From: Octopus bimaculoides
Lineage: Eukaryota
Length of the DNA: 64,000 nt
Direction: 5' to 3'
Assembly (NCBI RefSeq): GCF_001194135.2
Contig: NC_068986.1
Coordinates: 81,469,789 to 81,533,788, forward strand
The notes under the pieces are model-generated. The model made no database searches. It was given only the letters and a program-made list of their open reading frames with translations, and was not told the origin of the DNA. Positions 1 to 11,463 of the stretch are shown here, one piece after another; the first letter of the stretch is position 1, and each line of letters begins with the position of its first letter. The position numbers were made by a program, and so were the translations under genes.

Positions 1-260
1 GTATCGAAATGTGATTGTTTCAGTTAGTGGAATAGTTTCATTTTTAAAGTGAAAGTATTTGACATGAGTGTTTTGTTTCACTTTTGACACGTAATACTTA
101 AATAGTGGAGGAGATATTATGTTGCTGTGGGCTCGAACTATGCAAGAAGTTAAACATTTTTTTGACTAAAACACAACCGGGACCCTAAGTAAGGCACGTG
201 TAAAATTTGAATGAAATTGGTTGTGTAGTTCTCGAGTTTTAGGGAAACACACACACACAC

Positions 261-309
<49 letters not shown>

Positions 310-359
310 TAGACAGACAGACAGACAGACAGACACATTCTCATTTTTATATATATAGA
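1..359 (-). mobile_element. 5' end of a non-autonomous Helitron-like element with an internal (GTCT)n microsatellite
   Basis: Minus strand reads A|TCTATATATATAAAAATGAGAATGTGTCTGTCTG...: a 5'-TC terminus after a host A, followed by a microsatellite. The element continues beyond the window start. Confidence 0.55.
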
Positions 360-489
360 TTACTCCATTAACAACAATATTGCATCCCCACCTTCTCTCC
401 CACTTCCTCCTTTCACCATCATCATCTTCAACTTCATCATCATTTTGAAATGCTTTAATTTTTCTCATAAGTGACTCACAGTACAAATG

Positions 490-884
490 CTGTGGTCTAT
501 TGTCAAATTAAGTGCTATTGTTGCACAACAATGCATACCTCCATATGATTGCCCACATCATTGAAAAACATTGAGCTTTGAGTTGCTAGAACATCCTGCA
601 TACAGCCCAGGTCTTGCCACTTTTGACTATCATGTCTTTGGACTGATCAAGCAGCCTTTATGAGGTTATCGATTTTCTACAAATGAAAAAAGCAATGCAT
701 AAATGGTTGTGCAACCAGCTGAAAACCTTCTTCAATGGAATTAGCTAACTTGTGGACTGCTGGAAGAAGTGTGTTAAAAAGCAAGGAGACTATGTTGAAA
801 AAGAAATGCAGTTGTTCTACCCCTGTATTTGTTTCATTGAATTGCAGAAACAAGAGTGTATATAATTTTTGACTTAGCTTTGTA
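490..884 (+). mobile_element. Decayed mariner transposase, 3' fragment
   Basis: Translates with stops and frameshifts to LLLHNNAYLH (cf. LHDNARPH), FELLEHPAYSPGLATFDYHVFG (cf. HPPYSPDLAPSDYHLF) and CWKKCVKKQGDYVEK. Confidence 0.85.
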
Positions 885-1656
885 TTATTTTTATTTATTT
901 ATTGAACTGTGACCATGCTGGGGTACTGCATTGCATGTGTGTGCACGTGCATGAGCACGCGTGTGTATGCGGGACTGGTGAAGAAAGAGAAGTGGATGCA
1001 TTGTGTGGATAAAGGTACAAGAGTCTAGAGATTGTCTTCAGAGAAGATGAAATTTTAGTAGCATCAAGGGAGACTGAGAGAGAGGGANNNNNNNNNNNNN
1101 NNNNNNNNNNNNNNNNNNNNNNNNNNNNNNNNNNNNNNNNNNNNNNNNNNNNNNNNNNNNNNNNNNNNNNNNNNNNNNNNNNNNNNNNNNNNNNNNNNNN
1201 NNNNNNNNNNNNNGGGAGGGAGGGGAAAAAAGTGTGTAAACCTGTAGTTGTTGTGTAGCAAAAGATCAGCTCTATTGAAGGTGTTCCAACAATGACTATT
1301 ATTCCATCTTATGTTCAGATACAGAGTCTAGCACTGCATTATCCAAAGTTTCCTTCCTATAAGGTATTATTTGAAGGATATTTTGCTGCTATTTCTAGCA
1401 GGTTGGGTGACCATATAAAGGTTCTTTAAAGACTTCAGAATCAGTGGTTTTATTATGATGATGAGTGTTTGTTAACCAATTAGATGGTCCTGTTTTTTTT
1501 TTGTTTTTGTTTTTGCTGCTGGTGGGCATCAAGACTATCATGGTAGTGGGGGTAAACATCATTCCAAATATGTGAGCAGTTCTCTAATGAGGGTATTACT
1601 TTGCAACTGATCAGAATAGATTTATTTACTGGTCCCAAAAAGGGATGCGATTTTTG

Positions 1657-1710
<54 letters not shown>

Positions 1711-2882
1711 TATTACTTCTTATAAGTGATTAAACGGCTTCAGATTTGTACCAACTTTCAGGGTTTCTCTTGTGTGTTGTTGAGAGAGAGAGGTTTAACA
1801 CTATTTCCTTTGATATATCAAGTGTTTTGTGCTTTTTCCGCTACTGAAAGAGATCAGTTATCACAACCTCATTCAATACTATCTGTGAAGTTTTTGTTCA
1901 TGAAAGCAGTATAAGTTTAGTCTCAGAAATGACTGCCAGTGGGTCGTTTATGTGGCGCAGGAAGTGTGTAGATGGCACACCAAATTCTGAAGTACAGCAG
2001 ACTTGTCATGGTAGATTTTAAAAAAAGTTCATTTATTCCAAGAAATAAGATGTCAATGAAGCTCATAGGCAAGAAATCAAAGTGGTAGGTTCTCGTACTA
2101 GACACAGTTGAAGACTTTGACGATACTGAAGGGAGCAATGCTGTATTGTTGAAATTTATGTAGGTGAGCATATCTGGTAAATCTGGGAAATTTGGGTTTA
2201 TGGAAATGCTAATTCTAGATCTCTATAGAAAGGGTTCTGATAGTCATATCAAAAAGGAGACAGACTGAATCTAATAAAGTTAATTGTTATTGCTTATAAA
2301 CCCCTTGTCTACCCTGATTGAACATTCCAGCCATGGCATTCTCATTGCTTAATGGGTATTAAAACTATATTATAACCAACAACACTATTGTTCACAAATT
2401 GTGGTATTAAAATAAGTAAAATGTGTGTGTGTGTGTGTTTTACTGGGTGTAGCAATCACCAGTAAGACAGTTTTATTTATTTTATTTATGCCTAAAGCAG
2501 TAGATGAATGAAGTGTGGTTGCTGTTGTGACTGTGGTTATTGTTGTTGTGGTGGTGGTGATAATGGTAATGGTGATGGTGATGGTGATGGTAGCTGCACT
2601 GCAGTAGTCACATGTAGTATAATAGGCATAAGGTACTTATGTGATGTAGTAGTGGCTATAATAGTAGTGTGGTGTTGGTAGCAGTCATCNNNNNNNNNNG
2701 TGTGGTGTTGGTAGCAGTCATCAAAATGACTACCTGTTGTTGATTTTAGCAGGCCTGTAAGCAAAGCCATTCTAGCCATGACCCTTATGTCTTTTCAGAT
2801 ACAGTTTATTTCCAACTACATCATTTAATATTACATTAAATTTCTTCCTTTTAATTCCTGTAAGTTGAGCAACTATATAGAG

Positions 2883-3027
2883 CAGTCATGGGCAAACTGC
2901 AGCCCTCAGGACCTTCTGAATGGTATGCCTAATAAAAATTTACCTTGAATTATTTTAGTAGCGTAGCCCGCAAGATGATGAACTGAGTTTCATGTCACTC
3001 ACTTCTTGAAAAAGTTATCCTTGCCTG
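2883..3027. mobile_element. hAT-type MITE
   Basis: Imperfect TIRs CAGTCATGGGCAAACT / AGTTATCCTTGCCTG, with a perfect 8-bp target-site duplication ATATAGAG (2875-2882 and 3028-3035). Confidence 0.8.
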
Positions 3028-3514
3028 ATATAGAGGTATCCCTATTACCCCATTAAATGATGCTGTTATTTAATCCCGGGTCAATCCTAGAAATTAAGGT
3101 ATTTGTCTGCTGTATCTTTCTATATTTTCTATATTTTCTATATTTATTCTACACATTAACTGAACTGATTTCATCGAGTATCCTGAATACACATCATCAT
3201 CATCAGTTAACATCCACTTTTCCATACATGCATAGGTCAGATGGCATTTACTGCGGCAAATTTTCTACAGCTGGATGCCCTTTCTGTTGCCAACCTACAC
3301 CTGTTTCCAAACTAGGTAATATTTTTCTATAGCTAGACAAGTTCATCATAGAAGACTAGAAACAAACAACCTCACTCGTGTGATGGTGATGCTCATTTAC
3401 AAGCATCTCATGATGTCTAGACAAGAGTATGCATACATACATACTTATACACAGACTCTCACATGCATACAGGCACACACTCAGACACACACAAGTGCAC
3501 ACACACACACACAC

Positions 3515-3672
3515 GTGGTGTGTTTATATGGTAAGAAGCTTTCTTCCCAACCATGTGGTTCACTCCCAGTGTGTGGCACCTTCTTGGACAAGTGTCTTCT
3601 ACAATAACCTCAGCTTGACCAAAGCCTTATGAGTGAATTTGGTAGATTTGGAAACTGAAAGAAGCCTGTTGC
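3515..3672 (+). mobile_element. tRNA-derived SINE family A, diverged 5' half
   Basis: Similar to the head and central part of the copies at 22474 and 51944. Confidence 0.7.
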
Positions 3673-3714
3673 ATACATATATATGTACACACACACATAC
3701 ACACACACACACTG

Positions 3715-3926
3715 TTTTACTCTTTTACTTGTTTCAGTCATTTGACTGCGGCCATGCTGGCGCACCGCCTTTAGTCAAGCAAATCGGTCCCAAGACTTAT
3801 TCTTTGTAAGCCTAGTACTTGTTCTATCGGTCTCTTTTGCTGAACTGCTAGCTAACGGGGACGTAAACACACCAGCATCGGTTGTCAAGTGATGTTGGGG
3901 GGACAAACACAGAAACACAAACACAT

Positions 3927-3985
<59 letters not shown>

Positions 3986-4150
3986 TATGACAGGTTTCTT
4001 TCAGTTTCCGTCTACCAAATCCACTCACAAGGTTTTGGTCGGCCTGAGGCTAAAGTAGAAGACACTTGCCCAAGGTGCCACGAAGTGGGACTGAACCCAG
4101 AACCATGTGGTTGGTAAGCAAGCTACTTACCACACAGCCACTCCTGCGTA
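3715..4150 (-). mobile_element. tRNA-derived SINE family A, full length
   Basis: Minus strand has A-box-like TGGCTGTGTGG, B-box-like GGTTCAGTCCC, CORE-like ACCTTGGGCAAGTG, an internal (TA)/(TG) tract and a GTAAAAGAG tail. Confidence 0.85.
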
Positions 4151-4216
4151 TATATATATACCACACAGCCACTCCTGCGTATATATATACCACACAGCCA
4201 CTCCTGTGTATATATA

Positions 4217-4440
4217 TAACATCTGGCCACCTAACTCCTCAGACTTGATTATTATATGTGGGGCGCAGTTGAGCAAGAGACCAACAAAACTTGTATTACC
4301 AAAGATGAACTGAAGGCAAGGATTATTACAGCATTCACCAACTTAAACAAGGAGACCATCTAGAAGAGTTGCAGGAAATTCTATCTGGATGCCATGGTTG
4401 AAACCAATGGCAATTATATCGAATAAATTTACTCTTTAGT
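4217..4440 (+). mobile_element. Tc1/mariner-superfamily transposase, C-terminal remnant (maT/rosa-like)
   Basis: NIWPPNSSDL, frameshift, then DYYMWGAVEQETNKTCITKDELKARIITAFTNLNKETI*KSCRKF...AMVETNGNYIE* (cf. WPPNSPDLNPLDYxVWG). Confidence 0.8.
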
Positions 4441-4545
4441 ATTTCAAGATATTTTTATGTAATTTTGGTAAATATATCTGTTAAAACGAAAAGTCAATGT
4501 TATTTTCATTTTTGTGTAATTTAGACAACAGTTTATTCTGCCTAT

Positions 4546-4755
4546 ATGTCTGTGCACAACTTTCAGTGCAATGTATACCAGAAGGTCTGCAAATCTAATG
4601 GAGGCCTCAAAAGACATTTTAAGATCCACAAAGATCAGAACTTAACTGCAACTCTTGGTGGTTCAAATCAGATATGCAATCTATGTGGGTGTCTTTTCAG
4701 AACATTGTCTGGTTTAAAAAGTCACACCAGATGCCATTATGGTTCTAAGGTGTAG
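4546..4755 (+). mobile_element. Tandem C2H2 zinc-finger ORF fragment, probably a LINE (RTE-type) ORF2 C-terminus
   Basis: FQCNVYQKVCKSNGGLKRHFKIH and ICNLCGCLFRTLSGLKSHTRCH. The first finger has Cys replaced by Tyr, and there is no TGEKP linker. Confidence 0.55.
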
Positions 4756-5404
4756 GTACAGGATGTGGTCAAACTCTGCATAAAGTCATAAATAACAGAG
4801 AAATAGTTTAATGAAATTATATTTAACAATCAGAAAATTCTAATATCATGACAAATTGTTTCATAACTTAAAAACGTAAATAATTTACATTATTATATTT
4901 AATGATCAATAAATTACATGGCTGAGGATGTGACTTAAATCCTGCATTTTTAAAAAGTTTTTAACTTATGAAACAATTTGTTATGATATTAGAATTTTCT
5001 TATTGTTAAATAAAATTTCATAAACTATTTCTCTGTCATTTATGACTTTATACTCTCTTTATCATTTTCTCTTCTGTCATACTATGTATTCTATATGTTT
5101 TGTAGAATGATATTTTAAGGAGCTTTTTTATGAGGAGTACTATCAGATTACTAGAATACATATACTGTAACTTAAACACACAAACACACACACACACACA
5201 CACATGACCCCAGTTCTTCTTCAGATTAAATTATGCAAAAAAAAAGTGTAATTGAGGTCACTGGGAGTTCAGTAGGTCAGATCTATAACAGATCAAGCAC
5301 GCACACATAAACACAGGTACACACATACACATGCAGACACACATACACAGGTATACGCACATACACAAAACATTGCCTCTATGTCACTTTTATTCCTACC
5401 ACAC

Positions 5405-5600
5405 TTAATTCCTTTCTACTATAGGCACAAAGCACGAAATTTTGGGGAAAGAGCTAGTCAATTATATCGACCCCAGGGTACAACTGGTACTTATTTTATC
5501 ACCCCTGGAAGGATGAAAAGCAAAGCTGACCTCAGTGGAATTTGAACTCAGAATGAAGATGCATGAAAAGCCTCTAAGTATTTTGTCTGGAACCTACCAC
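5405..5600 (-). mobile_element. SINE family C (Nin/Deu-like central domain)
   Basis: Reverse complement of ...TTCTGAGTTCAAATTCC...GAGGTCAGCTTTGCTTTTCATCCTTCCAGGGGTGATAAAATAAGTACCAG... Confidence 0.7.
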
Positions 5601-5764
5601 ACTAAATGAAACTCAGTTTTTATAAATTAGAGAAGATTTATAAAATGAAATACATAGATATTCTTTCATATTTTAATTAACTTTAGACTAATCTATCAAT
5701 TATTTAATTTTGTGAAGTTTTGTAAATAAAAATACTGAAAATGCACAGTACCTAGAGATGTTAT

Positions 5765-6170
5765 TATGGTTGTGTGCTTAAGAAGTTCACATTACAACTG
5801 CATGATTTTAGTTCAATCTCACTGTGCAGCACCTAGGGCAAGTGTCTTCAGCTATAGCCCTGGGCCAACTAATGCCTCATGAGAGAATTTGATAGAGAAA
5901 AATTAAAAGAAACCCAGTGTGTACACACACACATAATTGCATATGTGTTTATTTCTTTGTGTTTATGCTTGTTCCTCTACCACTCGACAACTGGTATTGG
6001 TTTATTTATGTCCCCATAACTCAGCAGTTCAGTAAAAGAGACTGATAAAATAAGAACCAAACTTTAAAAAAAAGTACTGGGATTAATTTGTTTGACTAAA
6101 ACATTCAAGGTAGAGCCCCAGCATGACTGCAGTTCAATGAATGAAACAAGCAAAATGTAAAAGATAAAAG
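5765..6170 (+). mobile_element. SINE family A, diverged
   Basis: Collinear with the family A head, core and tail. Confidence 0.7.
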
Positions 6171-6275
6171 ATTAATAATAAGTTTGTCATTAGAATATCT
6201 GTATTGACAATCTAGGCCTGTTCTTCTTCTAACAGTGCTAGGTTTGTTCTTTTACTATTACAGTACATCATAAAG

Positions 6276-6476
6276 CAAAAAGGAAAAAGATGACCTTTGA
6301 AAATATAATGCTTCATTTCTTCACTGCTGATCTTATATAACGTGTCTCTTCTGTTTGTTCATGTGATGGTGATGTTGTAAAAGGCCGACAGAATAATTTG
6401 TTCTTTAGTTTTGGAAAGACTTGGTAATACTTGAGCAGTGTCTGATAGGAGTCATTAGATGCAGAGTTCAACAGAG
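6276..6476. repeat. 201-bp segment duplicated at 8569-8769
   Basis: Manual alignment shows 4 substitutions. Confidence 0.9.
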
Positions 6477-6873
6477 CATCATTGATAGTTTCTAGGCTAC
6501 TTGGTTAATATATATAATTGTTGAATGTTTACCACTGACTTTTACATACATACATATACATATATATATATAAATATATATATANNNNNNNNNNNNNNNN
6601 NNNNNNNNNNNNNNNNNNNNNNNNNNNNNNNNNNNNNNNNNNNNNNNNNNNNATATACACACACACATACACGCACACACACACACACACATACACACAC
6701 ACACACACATACACACACATATTAATATATTAATATATATATATAATTATGTATATATGATATATTTTATACAATTTTAAGCAATGACATATGTCTTATA
6801 ACCTTCACAGCAGTTATAATGTTGTCATATGCATTAGTATATGTGTGTGTCCAGTATGTAGAACTGTGTGTGA

Positions 6874-6940
<67 letters not shown>

Positions 6941-7317
6941 TAGCCATACCACCTTTATAAATGGAATATGTTGTCCTAATACCTGAAATATGGAGTCTTC
7001 ATTGTAAAAGGTGTGATTATATTTGTCAAGGGAGGATTTAGCTGAGCATGTCAAGTTACAACACAAACTATTTTTCACTAGCTTTTCCACAGTTAACAGA
7101 AATTACTATTTCTTGGCATAAACATCAAGTTCTTCCATCAGACATTAGACAAATAATTCTTCCAAGGCAATGGCTGAGTCCATTTAGCATTATGCCATGC
7201 TTGAGAAGAAGACTCATCAAGCCAAGTAAAACTGCAGTATCTGCCAATTGCATGATAGATACCAGTGTCTCACAAATGGCACCCATGCCAGTGTCATGTA
7301 AAAGCACCCATTACACT

Positions 7318-7526
7318 TTTGGAGTGGTTGATGTTAGGAAGAACATCCAGCTGTAGAAACGTAGAAACCATGCCAAAACAGATTGGAGCCTGGTGCAGCC
7401 TTCCAGCTTGCCAGCCCTAGTCAAACCATCCAACCCATGCCAGCATGGACAACAGACATTAAATGATGATGATGATGATGATGATGATGGTGGTGATGGT
7501 GATGGTGACGGTGGTGATGGTGATGG

Positions 7527-7560
<34 letters not shown>
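7318..7560 (+). mobile_element. RTE-type LINE 3' end with (GAT)n tail
   Basis: Same 3' UTR as the copy at 24405-24935 (GGAAGAACATCCAGCTGTAGAAAC...CCATGCCAGCATGG), ending in (GAT)n. Confidence 0.75.
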
Positions 7561-7561
<1 letters not shown>

Positions 7562-7801
7562 TATCAGCCATCAACACCAAACACATTCTTCTGTCAAATA
7601 TCAGATACCACATGTACACTTCATCAGATATCAGACACCATACATACACTTCTATCAGACATAGAGATATCTATTACACATACAGTCATGAATCATACAC
7701 TAATTCTAGCAGATGTACAAACACTGTTTGTACACTTCTTCAATCAGACATATAGGTATGATTTATACACTACTTCCATCAGATGTACAAACACATTATC
7801 A

Positions 7802-8100
7802 GACATACACTTCTATCAGATATAGAAATGTCTGTCAGACATACTCCATCAGAGATAGAGATATATCTATCAAATATATGATGTTGGTCAGGTTAGGTCC
7901 TTCATGGGACTGATACCACTGATAAATCTCCCTCTAATCACAATCTACTGACATACACTTCTATCAGATATAGAAATGTCTGTCAGACATACTCCATCAG
8001 AGATAGAGATATATCTATCAAATATATGATGTTGGTCAGGTTAGGTCCTTCACGGGACTGATACCACTGATAAATCTCCCTCTAATCACAATCTACTGAC
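7802..8100. repeat. Tandem duplication of a 148-bp unit
   Basis: Units start at 7802 and 7950 and differ at one site (CATGGG/CACGGG). Confidence 0.9.
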
Positions 8101-8235
8101 AGTAAAAATTAAGCTAAAATCAATCATGAAGAACCAAAATGTAAGAATAAAATATGGTTTTGAAAAGTTTAAAGACCAAATCATATGAGCAGAATTTAAA
8201 ACACATGCAAGGATAATTCTTACCTTTAGTATAAT

Positions 8236-8270
<35 letters not shown>

Positions 8271-8275
8271 TAAAA

Positions 8276-8490
8276 GTGGTGAGCTGGCAAATTCATTAGC
8301 TCACTGGGCAAAATGCTTCATAGCATTTTATCTATCTTTACGTTCTGAGTTCAAATTCTGTTAAGGTCAATTTTGCCTTTCATCCTTCCAGGTTTGATGA
8401 AATAAATACCAGTTGAGTTCTGGTATTAATGTAACTGATTAGCCCTCTCCCCCAAAATTTTGGGCCTTGTGCCAATAGTTGAAAGGATAA
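8276..8490 (+). mobile_element. SINE family C
   Basis: GGTGAGCTGGCA...TTCTGAGTTCAAATTC...TTTGCCTTTCATCC...CTTGTGCC tail. Confidence 0.75.
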
Positions 8491-8514
8491 TTGTGATTAT
8501 TATTATTATTATCA

Positions 8515-8835
8515 TATATTCTGCTGAGGTCAACTTAGCCTTTCATCTTTTCAGGGTTAATAAAATAACAAAAAGGAAAAAGATGACCTTTGAAAATATA
8601 ATGCTTCATTTATTCACTGCTGATCTTATATAATGTGTCTCTTCTGTTTGTTCATGTGATGGTGATGTTGTAAAAGGCCAACAGAATAATTTGTTATTTA
8701 GTTTTGGAAAGACTTGGTAATACTTGAGCAGTGTCTGATAGGAGTCATTAGATGCAGAGTTCAACAGAGTTCAAGTACTAGGGTCAATATAATTGATTAA
8801 CATCCACCACCCACCAATTTTCAGCCCTTGTGCCT
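8515..8835 (+). mobile_element. 5'-truncated SINE family C interrupted by the 201-bp insert
   Basis: GAGGTCAACTTAGCCTTTCATC precedes the insert; GTACTAGGGTCAAT...CTTGTGCC follows it. Confidence 0.65.
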
Positions 8836-9559
8836 GTAATATTCTTGTCACCACTATTATGTTGTGGCAGTATTCTGCATCTTGATATCTTTGACTTGTC
8901 TATCATACTATCGCTGATAGCTCTGCAAGACAATGGCTTTAAAACATCTACCTTGATGGTAACTCAAACTCGTATATATCATGTAACTGACACTGACTCC
9001 AACTGAGAACTTGTACGATAACTCTCCTACACCTGACTTGCTACAACGATTGACTGACTTTATAGTGGCAACTCATACCACTTTGTTACATTGGAAGGGA
9101 AGTATCATTTTCACCACAACAATCATTATGATTATTATTATTATTAAATTGCTGGCTTTGTACCAACATGTGAAACTATTATTATTAGGTGCATGTAAAG
9201 ACACTTGGCCTGATGGTTAAGGTAATGGGCTCATGATTATAAGGTTGTATATTTGATTTTTTGACTTGGCAGCACATTGTGTGCTTGAGTAAGGCATTTC
9301 ATTTCACAGCACTCCATTTTACTCAACCGAAAAATGAGCACCAGCCTAGTAATAGTGCAGCTCCATCTCTCCTGCAGTCATATTCTTGGTGTTCCATTGG
9401 GTCAAGAGCCAAGAATGTGTTTATGTCTTTTGTGACAAGATAGGCACTTAAAATAACTTGTAAAGGTGTGGTAAGAGCTACCAGGTCATACTCACTTGTA
9501 AGCTAAACTTTTTTATTATCATGTGCAGATATTTTAGAGTTAACAGGAGTTTTTGAAGA

Positions 9560-9955
9560 AGTTATAACACAAATAGGCAACAGAATTCTTGATAAAAGAG
9601 AGAAGGTTAAGAGTACTTAGATAAATAAAGATGTTTTAAACAGTTGCGGTGAAAGAAGAGATCTGCAATAGAAACAATATGAAAATAAAATAGCAGGAAT
9701 GGAATATAAATTGCCTAGGGAAAGTAAAGTATGGCATTAGGACAGTAAAAAAAAACAAGAATTGAAGATGTGAAAACACAGAAAGAAATCATTGAGCAAG
9801 AAAAGCATGCCAAATGGCTAAACGTTGAACCAAAGAATGGTTACCTAAATGTCAAGTTGTTGATGATAAATATTGCAGCCTACATACAAAAGCAAATGAA
9901 ATAACTGCAAGATGGAGGGAATTCTGTCAGGTACTTTACAGAACAACATAGAGAT
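9560..9955 (+). mobile_element. Highly decayed RTE LINE ORF2 fragment (endonuclease-RT linker)
   Basis: Ends in EITARWREFCQVLY (cf. RWxEYxxxLY); multiple stops. Confidence 0.5.
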
Positions 9956-9977
9956 AGATAGTAACATCACTAACATC

Positions 9978-10165
9978 ATCGTTTAACATTTGTTTTCCAT
10001 CCTGGCATAGGTTGGATGATTTGATAGAATCCAATGAGACACGGGACTGCTCTAAGCTACAATGTCAGCTTTGATATGTTTTCCATGGTTGGATTCCCTT
10101 CCTAATGCCAACCTCCTTACAGTGTGTACTTTTTCCATGCCACTGGCACTAGTGAGGTTATCAAA
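9978..10165 (-). mobile_element. RTE 3' end, diverged
   Basis: CATCATCGTTTAACA...TTCCTAATGCCAACC is the reverse complement of the RTE 3' UTR. Confidence 0.65.
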
Positions 10166-10431
10166 TAAATTGCAAGACAAAAAAGAACAAGAAAGGGAAA
10201 AATATCCATGACGAAGTTGGTGTGGATGGGGGAATGTTGCCAGGTACTGAGAGCTAAAGTGTGATAGAGAGACAATCACAGGTGTCTCATTATAGAAGAG
10301 ATATATGGTTAGTCCATTATAAAGGTGAATAGTAGCAGCTGGAAGATAAAGATGGCAATGGTGGTGTGCCAGAGCAAACTCTCAAGTAATTAAGCAATTC
10401 AGTAAGGAAATTCCCTTGAATACATGATGCA

Positions 10432-11008
10432 TTCAGTGGAAGAAGGGAATATCCAAAATTTCAAAAATTCCGTTTTTCCACCTTAAAGTTATATTTGAAT
10501 TCTCATCTTAATCCCATAAAAAAAAAAAAAAAGAATTTAATTGACACTCTTTCACATTGAAATTTAAATCAGAGGCTTAGTAAGAGATGAGCAAGGGATG
10601 GGCACTAAGCATTTTGAGTGAGACAAGTAACCACTTGATAAATTTGTTTAATATAAGTATGTGATGGACTTTTATCCTGTTTTCTTTTTAATTAGTTTTA
10701 CAAAAAAATATCCAATCATCTGTCATGTTTGAAAATAAACAAATATATTTAACTTGGATAATGCATTCAAGTTCCTAAACAATCAAATCTATAAACTAGC
10801 TATAATAAAAAAAATTCCCATTATCTTTTTGTTTCAATGTATCAACACTTACTAGACAATAATAGTTCACTTAAATATGTATCCAAATTTGTAAATAATT
10901 CCCCAACTCACAAAAAGTATGAAACTAAAACATCATATTCTTTGGAAAACTTTAAATGGCTTTTGTGGAATATTTTTAAAATGTCAAATATTCCCTTCCT
11001 CCACTGAA
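10432..11008. mobile_element. About 577-bp MITE with 21-bp terminal inverted repeats
   Basis: TTCAGTGGAAGAAGGGAATAT versus ATATTCCCTTCCTCCACTGAA (20/21 match). Confidence 0.7.
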
Positions 11009-11149
11009 GACATAAGATTCAGAAATGATTTTGGTATTTACACAAGCAATTAATGAGCTAAAATGTGATAAACGATCTGGTACAAGTATAGGGATATGAA
11101 TATCACTGAGATTCTCTAACATTTGTAACAGTGTTATAACTGGCACTCC

Positions 11150-11463
11150 ACTGGTTATGACAGCAAGAGTTTCAGTTGATTTGATCAATGGAACAGCCTG
11201 CTTATAAAATTAGTCTGTAATTGGCTGAGCACTCCAACAGACACTGCATATTCCTAACATTGTTCTTAGGAAGATTCAGCATGACACAGAATGTGGCAAG
11301 GCTGGCTCTTTGAAATACAGGCACTACTCAATTTTTCCAGCTGAGTGGACTGGAACATCATGAAATAAAATGTCTAGCTCAAGGACACAACATGCTACTG
11401 GGAATTGAACTCACAACCACATGATCATGAACCAAATACCCTAACCACTAAGCCATGTGCCTT
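11150..11463 (-). mobile_element. tRNA-derived SINE family B
   Basis: Reverse-complement homolog of 17888-18185; head GGCACATGGCTTAGTGGTTAGG. Confidence 0.75.

Noticed and set aside
150-486. ORFs with SVCL repeats
   Set aside because: Translations of the (GTCT)n microsatellite.
8880-9220. Complex sequence and ORF 9011-9220 as host exons
   Set aside because: No recognisable homology and no convincing splice-site pair on either strand.
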